Source: Catajapyx aquilonaris
Lineage: Eukaryota
Reading direction: 5' to 3'
Length of the DNA stretch: 45,107 nt
NCBI GenBank assembly: GCA_000934665.2
Contig: KZ538839.1
Location: 1-45,107, forward strand
Part shown: positions 12,995-25,072 of the stretch, one piece after another
Layout: each line of letters begins with the position of its first letter
Position numbering within the stretch: position 1 is the first letter of the stretch
The notes under the pieces: model-generated
Database searches by the model: none
Told to the model about the DNA's origin: nothing
Seen by the model: only the letters and a program-made list of their open reading frames with translations
Program-made: the position numbers and the translations under genes

Positions 12995-15900
12995 CTGCAC
13001 TGAGGCCTTGTTGTCCTCGTCGAGCAGAAATTCCATAGAGCGGGCGCGGTCCGTGTCAGCACCCGGTCTAGAAGGAGGCGGCTGGAGGTTCAGGCTCATC
13101 ACTGGCGATTCGCCCAGAAGATTCACCAGACTCCGGGTCTTCTTGCTGTCATTTCCGATGCTTCCGGAACTGCTGGTTGCTTCGACCGCGCCCACGTCCC
13201 GCACCAGGGCGTCAAGGTGCCGCACCAGTTCGTCCAAATCTGTCTCCTGCACCAGGATCTGGTCCCACAGGTCCAAGTCAGTCTCCAAGACGCGACCGGC
13301 GCTCCGGCTACGTTGGTGCCGGACCGGGGTGGAGGTCAAAGGTGACCAGGGCGGGGTGTTGTCGTTCAGAAGCAGCTCCTCGGAGGTGTCTGGGAAGTAC
13401 GAGTCCACGTCCTCGTCTTGGTCACTTTTCACCTGCTGGTCCTGCTGCCGGCCCCTTCCTCCACCCCCACCACCACCTCCTGCCAACGGAGGGCTCCTGG
13501 AAGTGGTAGTAGCGACGGTGGCCGCTGTCGGCACTGGCGGTGGTCCCCCTGGTTGATCGATAGGGGCAGCGGTGGCGGCGGCGCGGCGGAAAGAGCGCCG
13601 GACTGCCGCTTCGATGGCGTTCAAATCCGGAACACTCCGGGCCATCCGCTCCCGGTCCTCTTGCGCCCTTTGACGGAACTTGGACAGGGCCTCCTCTATC
13701 TCCAACAATGCGCGACCAAGGTCGGGGGAGTTGTCGCTGCTTGGGGTGCTGGACGAGTTGGATGGCGCCGAAGCATCGGCCAAGAAATGCTTCCGGGCGC
13801 TTACGGTACGGGTTTTGGGCCGGAGTTGAGGTGGAAGGGGTGGTTTGGCCGCGGGGTCAAAGGTCGGCTGGGCTGGAGGAGGGGTGTCGGGTGGGGTGAG
13901 GAGGACCGGCACGCTGGAGGAACGCGGGGAGTCCAGACGAGCCGGCTTCGGAGGGGCGGATGCGACCGTGGAGATCTCTTCTGGCTCTTCCTTTTTGGCA
14001 CCAACAATCACTGGTTTCTGGTGGGTCAGGCTTGGACTAGTGCTTACCGCTTTGTTTTTCTTCTTCCCCTTTGAAATATGGTCGTCTGGACGTTTGGAGC
14101 TCTTACGTCCACTCAGCCTTCCAAATGTAAGCCGGTGGAAAAAACCCATCTTGCTCTTCTTTGGACTGCTGCCGCCGCTGCTGTGGTTATTGGTCCCTGC
14201 ACTCACAACGACCGCTGCCTCCTTTTTGTTGCTGTTGCCGCCAGTAATGACCGGCTCCATTTCAAGGGCATTCACTTGAACTAGGTCTGCTGCTGCTGCG
14301 TCAGGCTCCTGCTCCAGCGGGACGAACCAATTGGCACCGGAAGTGGCGACTTTGGAGCCGTCCATTTCAGGGGCAGGCGCGCAAGAAGCACCGGAGGAGC
14401 CCTCCTCCCATTGCCCGTTGTTGTTCACTTCGACACGGGACGCAATCTGCACCTTCTGGACCACAGGCTGCACGTTGGACACCACTTTCACTTTTTCAGG
14501 CGGACCACGTGACGAAGTGACCTCCGTTACTCCCTCCTCCTCCTCCTCCTCCTGTTGACCCCCCTCTTCTTCCTCGTCTTCAATGTAGCTTTCCCGCCAG
14601 CTGACTTCGGCTACCACGGGCGAAAAGTGCACTCCTTTGGTATGCTGGCTCCGTAATACAACACCATCCCCACCCCCTTCAGCAGCTGCAGAGCAATGTT
14701 CCTCTGGATGGCTGGTCGACTTGAACGACCCCCGATTCACGTACACTTCCACCTGATTGAGCGGCCCGTACGTCTTGACTGGAACCCTTCGAGATCCGTT
14801 CTCATCTTCCTCCTCCTCCACCACCACTCCTCCACCTTCCACTTCCCCTACGTGACTCATCCCGAGGGTTGGGCAAGGTGATGACGCCCCCTCCTCCTTC
14901 TCCCCCCTTACCTCCACCTCCTCCTTGCAGATTCCTAACGGGGAAGACGAAGAAGAGGGGCGCGGCACCTCCGGGGTAGAATCACCATCATCCGAGCCAT
15001 CACCAATCACGAGGGGCTGCACCTCCGACCGGACCGGCTCTCCCCAGTGTCCAGCAGCGAGACTAGTTGTATGAGGCGGTAGGTCCACTGCTGCCTCCGA
15101 GGCGGAGGAGGAGGAGATGTGGAGGAGGAGGAGGTTTGTATGTGGCGGCCCCACCCCGCAGCATCCAGAAGGAGCAAGGGCATCGCCACGGTGGGATGCC
15201 AGCCAGGCCTGCTCCAAATTGGGCGCGCTTCGACTGCTAAGTTTAGAGACGGCTGCATAGCTACGGCCCCCTCCACCCCCACCTCTTGATGACTCTTCTT
15301 CTTCCACCTCTTCTTCCTCGCTCCCTTCCTCCTCATCGCTCTCCCCTTCCTCTTCCAAACTGCGCAATGATTTACAACGGCGCCCCGGGAGTGCTTCTTC
15401 TCGACGTCTCCACATGGATGTGATTTCTTGGGATACCAGGCCCTCGCTGTTGAGGAATTCTTGGGCTTGCTGCAGGCTGAGGGGCTCTGGTCTTTTGGTT
15501 GGGCTAGATTGGCACCAGCATTGCTCGTCCATGGGGCTGCCGTCGCTCCAACAATAGTGGGCGGTGCAGGATCCGCCCCATCTCTGCTGCTGTTGATTGT
15601 TGTCCTCCGGGGCGAATTCGGGTGACCTTTGCTCCAGGATCTCGGCGGCGGAAGGCAGGAGCGGCTCTCTGGACCGGGATTTTTTGAACACGTCCATGTA
15701 GGGCCAGTGGTCTGGTTCCGTCGTGACGCTCATGTCCAGGTTCCCTTTGGCAAATTCCACCGCTTGGCTCATTGTCTTTGGTATATCCAAGGTCAATACC
15801 GGCATCTCGCGCACCGTGGAAGCACCGCTGCTTTCCGACGTCCAAGATGGATGCTGTTGCTCCTCGGCGTATCGCATTAGGATGGGATTCACGGCGTATT

Positions 15901-17211
15901 CAGTCCTGCCAACCAGTTCTAATGAATCTTTCTCTTCTTCCTCCCCCTCCTCTCCCTCTTTTGTTTCAGGTGGTTGGACACGACAAACGGTCTGCCTTTC
16001 AACGTCCCTATCCATAAGTTTTTGCAGCCTCTCATTGTGTTGCCCGAGTTCCGGACTGGCCCTTTCATCCTCGGTGTCACCTGGGTACAAACCAGAATAT
16101 TCCTCGGTGATTGGAGTCACCCTGGGGCTGGCTGAGTAGCCCACAGTTTCGCCAAATCCACTGTCCTCGCTCAGATTTTCGGCAGAGTGCTGATTGTACC
16201 TGGTTTTCTTGGGATGTTCAGTCTCATCGTTGCTGTCACTTCCACTGCTCTTACTTTCGGCCCTTTCAAAGTCCTTGTAATAACTGCTCTCGGTGTTATG
16301 ACCACTGCTATTGGAACTGCTGCTCAAGAGGCTCCTTTCGCTGTGAAACACGTGCTTCGGGCAATCCTGCATGAGATTGAGGCTGTCCACACTGCGATAC
16401 GACCTCAATCTCTGACCAGAAGAAGACGACAAAGGCCGAAAGGTGAAAGGAACGTGGTCGTCAGCAAATCCTTCCTCGGAAGATGCGGAGGAATCCGATT
16501 CGAACGGCGACGCAATCACAGTGGGCAGGTACATCACCTCAGCCTTTTCTTTAGTCTCTCGTTGGCCTACCTGGACAGTTATCTCCATCAGGCTCCGTTC
16601 CGCTTCCTGGACGTCATTGTCACCGCAAGATGTGACGACCCGTGCCTCCTGTTGTAAAGGGGCGGTGGACAGAAAAAAGTTTTCATGGGCCATCAGGGAC
16701 GACTGAGATGACAAGGACATGCACTCCACTTCCTCCTGAGGGCGTTTGAAGTCGACCACGGGGCTCTCGACCGACGAGAGCTTGGTGGTGACACACCCGT
16801 CACTTCCAGGCCTCGGCTTCACCTTTCTATCCCCGAACGGGATAGAGGTAGCACTGGCGCCGAACAATGTCTCCTCTCCTTCACCTGCTGATGTCTCCTC
16901 GTCATGGTCCTTGTCCCCCATCGCCTTTGACCCGTCCGTACCCTGCACCGGCTCGAACATCTCGTCAATATGTCGTTCCAGGTATTCGAATTGCAACAGA
17001 CTGTCGGATGAAATGGACGTGGCCAGTGCGGCCAGCAGGTGCTGCCTTTGTGCTTCGTCCGAGTCGCATTTCCGTCGTTTTTTGGGCACTTCCTGATCTC
17101 GTTCACTGACGTCACTGCCCGTGTCGCTCCCACCACTATTCTTCGCTTCCTCTTCTCCCCCGGATGGCAGGTGCGAGCCACCAGCACGCACTCTCCCAAT
17201 GCATTCTTCTG
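12995..17211 (-). CDS. AJM1: AJM1-like gene, giant internal exon (4217 nt, about 1405 aa, low-complexity/disordered)
   Basis: Lies in the 1425-aa ORF. Acceptor CTCTTTTTGGCTCAG|CAG|AAG (phase 1), donor CAG|GTGAGC (phase 0). It ends ARSMEFLLDEDNKASVQ and joins PPENELMK of the next exon, a contiguous motif I recall from arthropod AJM1-type proteins. Confidence 0.85.
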
Positions 17212-18262
17212 CTGAGCCAAAAAGAGATCATTAGTTTTAAACGTTCACCTGTTTTTTTTTAAAAATATACATAAAACGTAGATACTACCAGATAAAATTT
17301 CATAAATAATAAATACGCATGCCTTAATTGCTATTCGCACTCCATGAGTACTATACAGGCTAATAAACTGAGCAGCGACAATGACCTACTAGAAGGCCGC
17401 TCCAGGGGGAAATAAAATCGGCCTTAACTTGTCACATCGCATTAAAGTCAATTCTAGTCATGTCATCACCCTCGGCGGGGGCCTTTTCAGGTGCAAAGAC
17501 CCTTGCCTTCTCCGGGTAGCCATATTTAAAATTCAGAAGATGTTCAGCAGCGCAAATTCCTCTCTCAAAAACTCGCAAAAAAATCTCGCGCTTCCTTTCA
17601 GCAGTGTCTCCTCCCGCATAAACAAAGCACGTACGGTTCATGATGCTGGAGCCAGAGTGTCAGTGACCTTCCCCTTCATCTGACCGACCGACTCAACCAC
17701 CAGAGGGGTGCCTGCCTCTACCCGATTCACCGGTCACGACTTTCATCCCAACATAACTCCGCGCCCTATAAAAATCCCCTACCAGGTGGATTCCACAGCT
17801 ACATGCTGCATACAAATCATCCTGACCTGCCGAAAGTGTTGTTGTTGTAATCTTTGTGGTATGCTGGGGTATACAAAAAGTACTGTAAATAAGAAGCAGA
17901 AACCGTGCGTTCAGAACGGAGAACGGTAGTTGGTCAGCAAGAAAAGGAATTAATACAGTTTTTTAATCCTGGAGGCGGAGATGACTCGGGGCACACAGTT
18001 AGAGGAAGTCCACAGATGACCAGCAAATTCGTGATCATTTACAGCCGGCATGTAACGGCCTGTTCGCAATTAATATCGCATTTATCATGTATGAATGACT
18101 ACTGTGGCAACCATTTTGGAAGGCAGCATCACTACCATAATTCTCCGGAGCATTAGATAAGCCAGACCAGACTATCCCGTTGGGACGTGGGTTGAGACCC
18201 GGTTCTACGGCACCGTTAACCAAAAATGTAAATTGGCCTAAATTGTGCACGCCGGTTCTCAC

Positions 18263-18538
18263 CTGAGTCCGGACGATGGATGACGCTATCTACGTCGCTG
18301 TCACCCCAATCCCATACACAATCCTCATCCTCGCTGGCCTCACCATCCCTGAGCTCATCAGCCGTCTCCTCCAAGATAGTTTCCAGGAAGAAATTGCGGT
18401 CGGATTCGGCCGGATGCAGCCAAAAGTCTGGAGATGTGAATTCGGCCAAGGGTGGCCCGCAAATCTCATCGTCGTCGTCATCGTCGTCATCGTCGTCCAC
18501 ATCCCCCGAGAACATGGTGCTAGCCTCCGCTTCCGTGT
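18263..18538 (-). CDS. AJM1: AJM1-like gene, internal acidic exon (276 nt, phase 1-1)
   Basis: Acceptor TTTTGTTCGCAG|AC and donor TCAG|GTGAGA. The open frame DTEAEASTMF...FFLETILEETADEL...HRPDS is in phase with both neighbours. Confidence 0.72.
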
Positions 18539-19198
18539 CTGCGAACAAAATACACGCACACGTTACAATCAGCCGTATCAGTCAACCTCATTTCAGTTGT
18601 TTAAACGGTACCCATCTGATAAAAAATTGCCCTTTGGCACGTCCAGGTGATCAATTGGCACTTTTTAACGCGCGGCGCATATTTTCATGCAACGCATCGG
18701 ATGAATGAACTTGGCAGAGCTCTACTAACCAGCAGAGTGACGTGTACTACTCCGGTGCACACAGAATACACCTGCGGTCTGTACAGTACACAATCTCCCG
18801 TTGCACATATTTGCTGCCAGATGTGAAAGGTGATGATCCGAAACCGCAATCTAATTTATTTTTCGCCAACTCAACGGGATGCCATATGTGTTGTACAGTC
18901 ATGAACGGGTCACTTGCAGCCTTGAGCTACTTGACTCCCCACAAGCGACTGTCCTCATGGCTGCTTCGAAGGAGGTGACATCGCGCCAGTGGAATGCACA
19001 CAAAGAATTCGACACGACTTGAGGGATACCACACAGCATGGGAGTCGCCTGCTATTATTATCCCAGGAAAAAACTACTTAAAAAAAAGCTAAGTCGGAGT
19101 GATAACCTCCGACCCACCAGAAGGCCTCCTCGGTTGAAACAACTGGCCTTGTGTGTTTCTGGAGTACCTCATTCAAATATACAGCGCTTGATACTTAC

Positions 19199-19211
19199 CA
19201 TCACTCAGCAT
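19199..19211 (-). CDS. Candidate alternative start microexon (22-nt exon 19199-19220; codes MLSD plus 1 nt) of the AJM1-like gene
   Basis: Minus strand reads GCTTTGCTTTTAG|AGAGAGGAC-ATG CTG AGT GAT G|GTAAGTA. Both splice sites are canonical and the phase-1 exit fits exon 18263-18538. Confidence 0.35.
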
Positions 19212-22200
19212 GTCCTCTCTCTAAAAGCAAAGCTTCAAGATTGCCCGATGAAACTTGATCTAAACTCTTCGCGGGTGGTACACCCAGTTGTTATCTATAC
19301 TCGCTTATTTGTTTTCCGATACAAAAACACAGAGCACAATGCACCAGGATCCAGGAATGTACCATTTTAGCAAAAAGTGTACACCTTCACTTAATATTCC
19401 GAGCACTCCATGTTACGCTGCAGTTATTGGTATACATTTGCAAGGTCGCGTGTCTCATGCCACGTACCATATAACACGGCAATGTCTTTCAAAAATCCTG
19501 TAAACACTACCCAGGAAGCTCGTTGTTTCACTTTTGTACTCGACTCATTTGTTTTCACATCCTTCTAATACGTAGAATGCTCCACATGTGCCCAATTCAG
19601 GAGGCAAATCCCGTCCTTGAATAAACAAACCAGCCCCAACTATTAATATCCTGGTCTTTAGGCAACTAGTACGCCTCATCAGACTGATGGATTGCACAAG
19701 CAGCAGGACCACTAGAGATTTACAGCCTAAGAACTAGTTTTACACCCCCGAGTGATTTTTATAGGCACGCCCTAGCTTCCTAATGGGGTTAAGCATCCTT
19801 ACATACCACACCTGGATTGCAGCGGAAAGATTTAATAATACGACACGTTCCCATACACCTGGCTTCCTGCTGATCAACTTCAATGACTTTCAATCCATTT
19901 TTTTTTTGACCAAAAACGAGGAGTGTCCGTTCCGTTCCGGTACGACGCCAATCAATAGACTCCCCTGTAGTGCTAGAATAAAAACGGACGCCCAAATTGG
20001 GATTGCATTTCTGCGGCTGCAACTTTTGCTGCGCCTTTTTACCCGTTAGATCCCCGGGAACAAGACAGTGTGTTTAATTTCTCGTCCGATCCGCTTCGGT
20101 ACATGCAACGGAGCTACTTCCTTTAACCTCAATAGAGATGACTATATGTCTTGTAGTTCAAGGGACAAAAAGTGTGAGGATGTATCTTCCCCTGGAGGAA
20201 CATCCAACGTGATTCCGCACCAGGGAAAGTTATTCTGATGGTTCCAGTAGGAAAAAAGAGAGAGTGTAGCGGAATGGGTTTTCGATTTTTGCTGGGGTAC
20301 AAAAGTTCTCGTTTTTTCAATTGCGGACTGGATGGGAAAAATCTGGGCCGAGATGCAAATAATTGCCACCATGGTCCTTACCGCAGCTTCGGAGGGGGGG
20401 ATGGAAATGCAGAGCAATGTGGTCTGGAAAATATTTCCCTCTTTGCATTGTTCAGGCAGGAAGAATGAAAATGGGCGAGTAAACGATTTTCCCTCTAGTT
20501 GATTGTTCGACAGCATATCGGGGAAAAGGCATGAAAGTTCGACTTAACATGGCTGGCTGTTGAAATATTTTCACTGCCAACTGTAATTCTGGAACATGTA
20601 AAATTGCATAAGAAGTTTCAGGAGCGGCCTTGGCTGTGACAGAAAACAGTCAATATCTGACTTCACTTCTTATGAGACAAGCTGTTGGCAATAACTGCTG
20701 CTTCCTGCCTTCCGCTCCGACAGTTCAATTTGATTCAAAATGGCGCCCAATTTCCTCCCACCACTTGAATTGTCGAGAGCGTCGACTTGTTCGGATCCGA
20801 ATCTTGCAAGGGAGAGAAAACAATGGGCAAATCCTTGTCTCCAGGGTCGACGTTCACTTGCTGGTTTGCGTGAGAAATCTTGACAAGGGATTCGCGCAAA
20901 ACCTATTGTGGGCAACGGATGTGCTGATCTGGGTCATACCCCAAGGCCCACCGGAAGCACAAACCCACACCTATCCTCCATATTTAATTGGCCCACAGCC
21001 TGCAATGCCCCCATTGAACATTAGCTTCTCCAGTACATTTGAGTCGACAGAACTTCAATACACTTCCGACCCAGCCGTACCCGGATGGGTAGAGGATTTC
21101 CGTGTCTTCATATCTCACCGGTGTATCGACACAGACGCAGAACTTTCTAATAGGAAGCGCATCTAACAGCTAGGTACAACACTTACCTTCACACTATTCT
21201 GAACCCAAACTCTGCCACCCGTAAATCACAGCAACACTAGCCCCACCGAATGTTGTTGCTCTTCAACTGCACCCTAACATCGGCAACCCTTCCACCCTAA
21301 TTCACATGTAGCTTCCGTTCGCAGTTTCCGGGCTTCTGAAAGGTACGCAACCTAACCCCTCCTTCCCTCCCATCCTCTCTCTCCCACAACACATGAATAA
21401 CTGTGATTAGTAATGCGGTACAATCATACTTTCAAGCTGTTTTTGGGGTGAAATTTTGAATAAAACGTTTTCTTCCACCCACCACCCGCCCCCCTTAAAG
21501 TGTACCGAACTAAACAATGTAACGCACAAAACGCTGGTTAATATGTTACGTGAAAGCGTTTCTCACGCCTTCTCATAAAGGAGTACCGTAATTATTTCCC
21601 AACTGCCTCTCTCCAGAGGATTCCACAGTATAATCTGCTCAAACTAAGTTCCCAATTCAGCGCACGTCCCTTCATTTCACATTTGAAATGTCAACATCAA
21701 TCGCTATTCAAGCTGCTTCAAAGGGCTTTTCCTTAAGCCCCCAAAGGCCTTAACACCGAATTCAGTCTATTCCTTGCATTTCCACCAAGCTCTCGATAAG
21801 AATAAAGCATTCAACAAGTGACTTCGTGTGACAAACACGAACTGACGTGCATTTCGCGAATTCTGGAGAACAAGTAAACAAACTGCGCACATTCTACATT
21901 GGCTGCTACTTACTGCACGTGTATGCCATATGCTGATAAAAACTACAAATATTGACTGTTGTCTTCCTGTTGGCCTTAGTAGGCGACTATCATATCAAAC
22001 TGATGCCGATTACGACCATCAACAAAAAACTACGACACGCAGCTGATATTTTTACCCTTGATAATGACACACACCTTGTCATAAAAAGGCATCGGTGTAA
22101 TTACGAGTCGGCGGAATAAACTATGGATAACAAGGACTTCACCATAAAAGCCTCCGTGCTTCCTGTTTTGTGCACAACACTGTGACAAGAGTCAAACGGA

Positions 22201-24462
22201 AGTCTGGCTGTGTCTTGCCACCTTGAACGCCGACTCTAATGACTCTAAGTTTTCTTTTGCACTGTATCTGACCAAGCCCTAAAAGCCAATAACCTCTCAC
22301 AACCTTCGACGCGATTATTTCAATCTTCGAAGGTTTTTTAAGCACTTGGAACTGCAAAAAAAAAGGTACATTGGAGCGTTTACCTCTGGCAAGGTACACT
22401 GTTTTAAAACGACTACCGTGCCCTCCCATTCAAGGCGACCACGAGCCATGAAAAATACAAAACATCAGTGGAGATAGATCCGATTAGCTGTAAACCACTA
22501 CCGCAGACACGAAATCTGATTACTACCGGCTTGAAAGACCTAATGTTTTCTCTTTCTGGTGTAAAAAAGTACAGTGTAACACACTCGGATTTCTTTTTCA
22601 GATTAACAAATGCTCTGGTGCAACCAATAATCAGACTTGAAAAAAAGTTCGAAAATTTCCACGTGGCCTATCCTGTATCATGTAGATTTTCATCAAATCC
22701 TGTGTTGCCACTTCAGTATACAAACTTGACGCCATATGGTGAACCTGCACCATTTCGGAAGGTCTCTGTCTTTTCCGGCCATGAGTGGGCAGCTTTTACT
22801 TCACAGTTTCAGAAGAAGAAAAAAAAGTGGAGTAATTAGAGCAAGAAAGGTTTCAAGTTGCAACTCATCTCTAAGAAAACGTCGCTCCATATAGAGGCAT
22901 AGACCCGTGTCAAAAAGGAAATACTCATACGACCTGAACACTACGGTGATATTTTTTCTCCTTCGAGCAGGTAACAACCCAACGAATGGTGTCGTAAAAT
23001 ATTTCATTGCAGCTGACTGCAACCATGCTCTGGTTGCTGCCTGAAACAATGCTGCGAATTTTCAGCCTCGACCAAATATTGAAGTTATTGCTTCCATCCG
23101 CACGTGCTGTTGGAAGACAATACGCTGTGGTAAAATTCCCGTAGTGGAGTCATACCGGCTCGGGAACTCAGGAACTTGAATGACCGAATGAACAAGGAGT
23201 CGTACCACGCAACGTCCGTCTAAACTTGTGCTTGACCCATTCGCATAGTTGCGGTCAGACCTGACCAGTCTATAGCCCCCATGAATTCCAGCCAAACCTG
23301 ACTGGGAACATCTTGAAGGATAGCCCGTAAGTGCTTACTCATTACGTGGGACGTGGTTTTAGATAGACGGGTCCCGTTACACAATGCGGGTCACTAGTTC
23401 GTGTTCATTTTATGGAAATATGGGTGAACCGCTGGAACAGCTCCACCTTATTTTGACCCCAGAATTTTCAACAAACAAAGGGACCAGGTGGAAAGCTGGA
23501 ATCAGTTTCCGCGCATTAACCTGCAATTTTTACGGCTTTGTGACTCGCATCTTCAAGGGCACCCTCAGCACCTTCCAACGACTCCTTCTGGCAGGCCATG
23601 ACACCATTCAGAAAATAGTCGCGGTCTCTCCCCCTGTCCGGCAGTTTTTCCCGGGATAAAACCGTTGTCTGTCATGGATCAGTGGTAATCGGTGTTTGGG
23701 TGTGACCCGTTCTAAGAAAGACGAAGGGTGGGGACTGACACGAGAATGGGCTCTTGTCAGTGACGTCACTAGATTCGTGCTCTTCTCATTGTCTGAGGTG
23801 TCAAGGAGGAGTCGTGCTTTGCGACCAAACTAATTGCCTGATTCTAAGCATCCCCGAGAAAAGACAATATAACTGTTGACAAATCCCGGCGAAAGATGTA
23901 GGCTGCGTGTTTCCAACGCATAATAGCATGTGGTAAACAATGCGACGTACAAAATGCATCGTTTTTCATACCGCATGATACAGTATGTGGCTCACAAGTG
24001 ACTGATATAGGACATGTGGAGATAACAGACAAAAACACGCATGTCTTTTCAAATATGCTAACGTGATGAGAGTCGGGAAAAAAACATGGTGGCAATCGCA
24101 TTCCTTGAGCAGGCAACAAAGCTGTTTTTGAGTTTCTCAACACAGTTACTTGCAGCACGCTATCGGCCACTGAGAATTGGTTTCCCGTTTTGGGAATTTT
24201 GTGGTATGCCATTGGGAAGACATTCAAGCGCATGAGAAGTCACATATTTCGAATTTCTCTCAAATTTCCACATAATTTTTTTATACTTGAAAATATTATC
24301 TACCTAATGTGTGGGCAGCAGCCCACAGAATACGCAACGCTCGGAGACGTCAACGCACGGGTGAACCGCACCTTTCGCAAAACCCTACCATTACTGCCCC
24401 CGTACAATTTAACTAGTTAGCATATGAATAGGCAATCAGGCCCCCATGTAGCATGTCATTAC

Positions 24463-25072
24463 CTTTCCTATAGTGATGTGCCATTAATGCGTCTTGCAGG
24501 CGGGACGTGGGCTCCAGGAAATCCTCCTCGTCCTCCACTTCTGGTAGCCACGCCATGGGGCTGGTCCTGTCCGGGGACCAAAAGGTGAGAGGCATGGGCA
24601 TCTGCTGGGTGGTCATCTTGGGTTGATAAGGCATCGGTTCCTCCACCCCGAGGACAGTCGCCGTGCTGCACTGACACACACCAGTCACCACTACCACACC
24701 ACCCGGCACTTGTTGGGAGGCCGCCTCCTCCACTTCTGGTTCTGCCGATGGCTCCACTGCCAACTCCTTGTGTCCGTCTCGCTTCTGTGATGGCGGCGGT
24801 GGCAGCAAACTCACGCGAGCTCCTCCACGCTTGCCTGAATCCAGCTCCTCCTCCGTGTCCTGCTTCTTACCTCCACCACCGCCATCTTCATCACCACCAG
24901 CAGCACCAGTTATGGCCCTCCCTGCTGCTGCCTCTTCTGGATTCCCCATTTCGCACTGGAGTCTGCAAAAGACTGCATACAGGATGGCGCACAGGGCGGC
25001 CACCGCCACCCGTTGGAGGCACGAGAATGGATCTTCCTCCAGGTCTCCATCTAACCAACTTCCCCCTTCCAT
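24463..25072 (-). CDS. AJM1: AJM1-like gene, first coding exon (long isoform), with an N-terminal hydrophobic segment
   Basis: ATG at 25072 has an in-frame TAA two codons upstream. The ORF MEGGSWLDGDLEEDPF...AHHYRK ends at donor AAG|GTAATG (phase 1), matching the phase-1 acceptor at 18538. A candidate 5'UTR acceptor (TTCTTCTCTTTAATGTGTACAG) lies at 25258. Family assignment comes from downstream exons and is recalled, not searched. Confidence 0.6.

Noticed and set aside
12981..17109. Many plus-strand and off-frame ORFs overlapping the giant exon (likewise 4067-5826)
   Set aside because: These are shadow ORFs of GC-rich low-complexity coding sequence, with no domain or splice support.
20630..21166. 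178-aa plus-strand ORF in an intron
   Set aside because: Non-ATG start, no recognisable domain and no coding-like composition.
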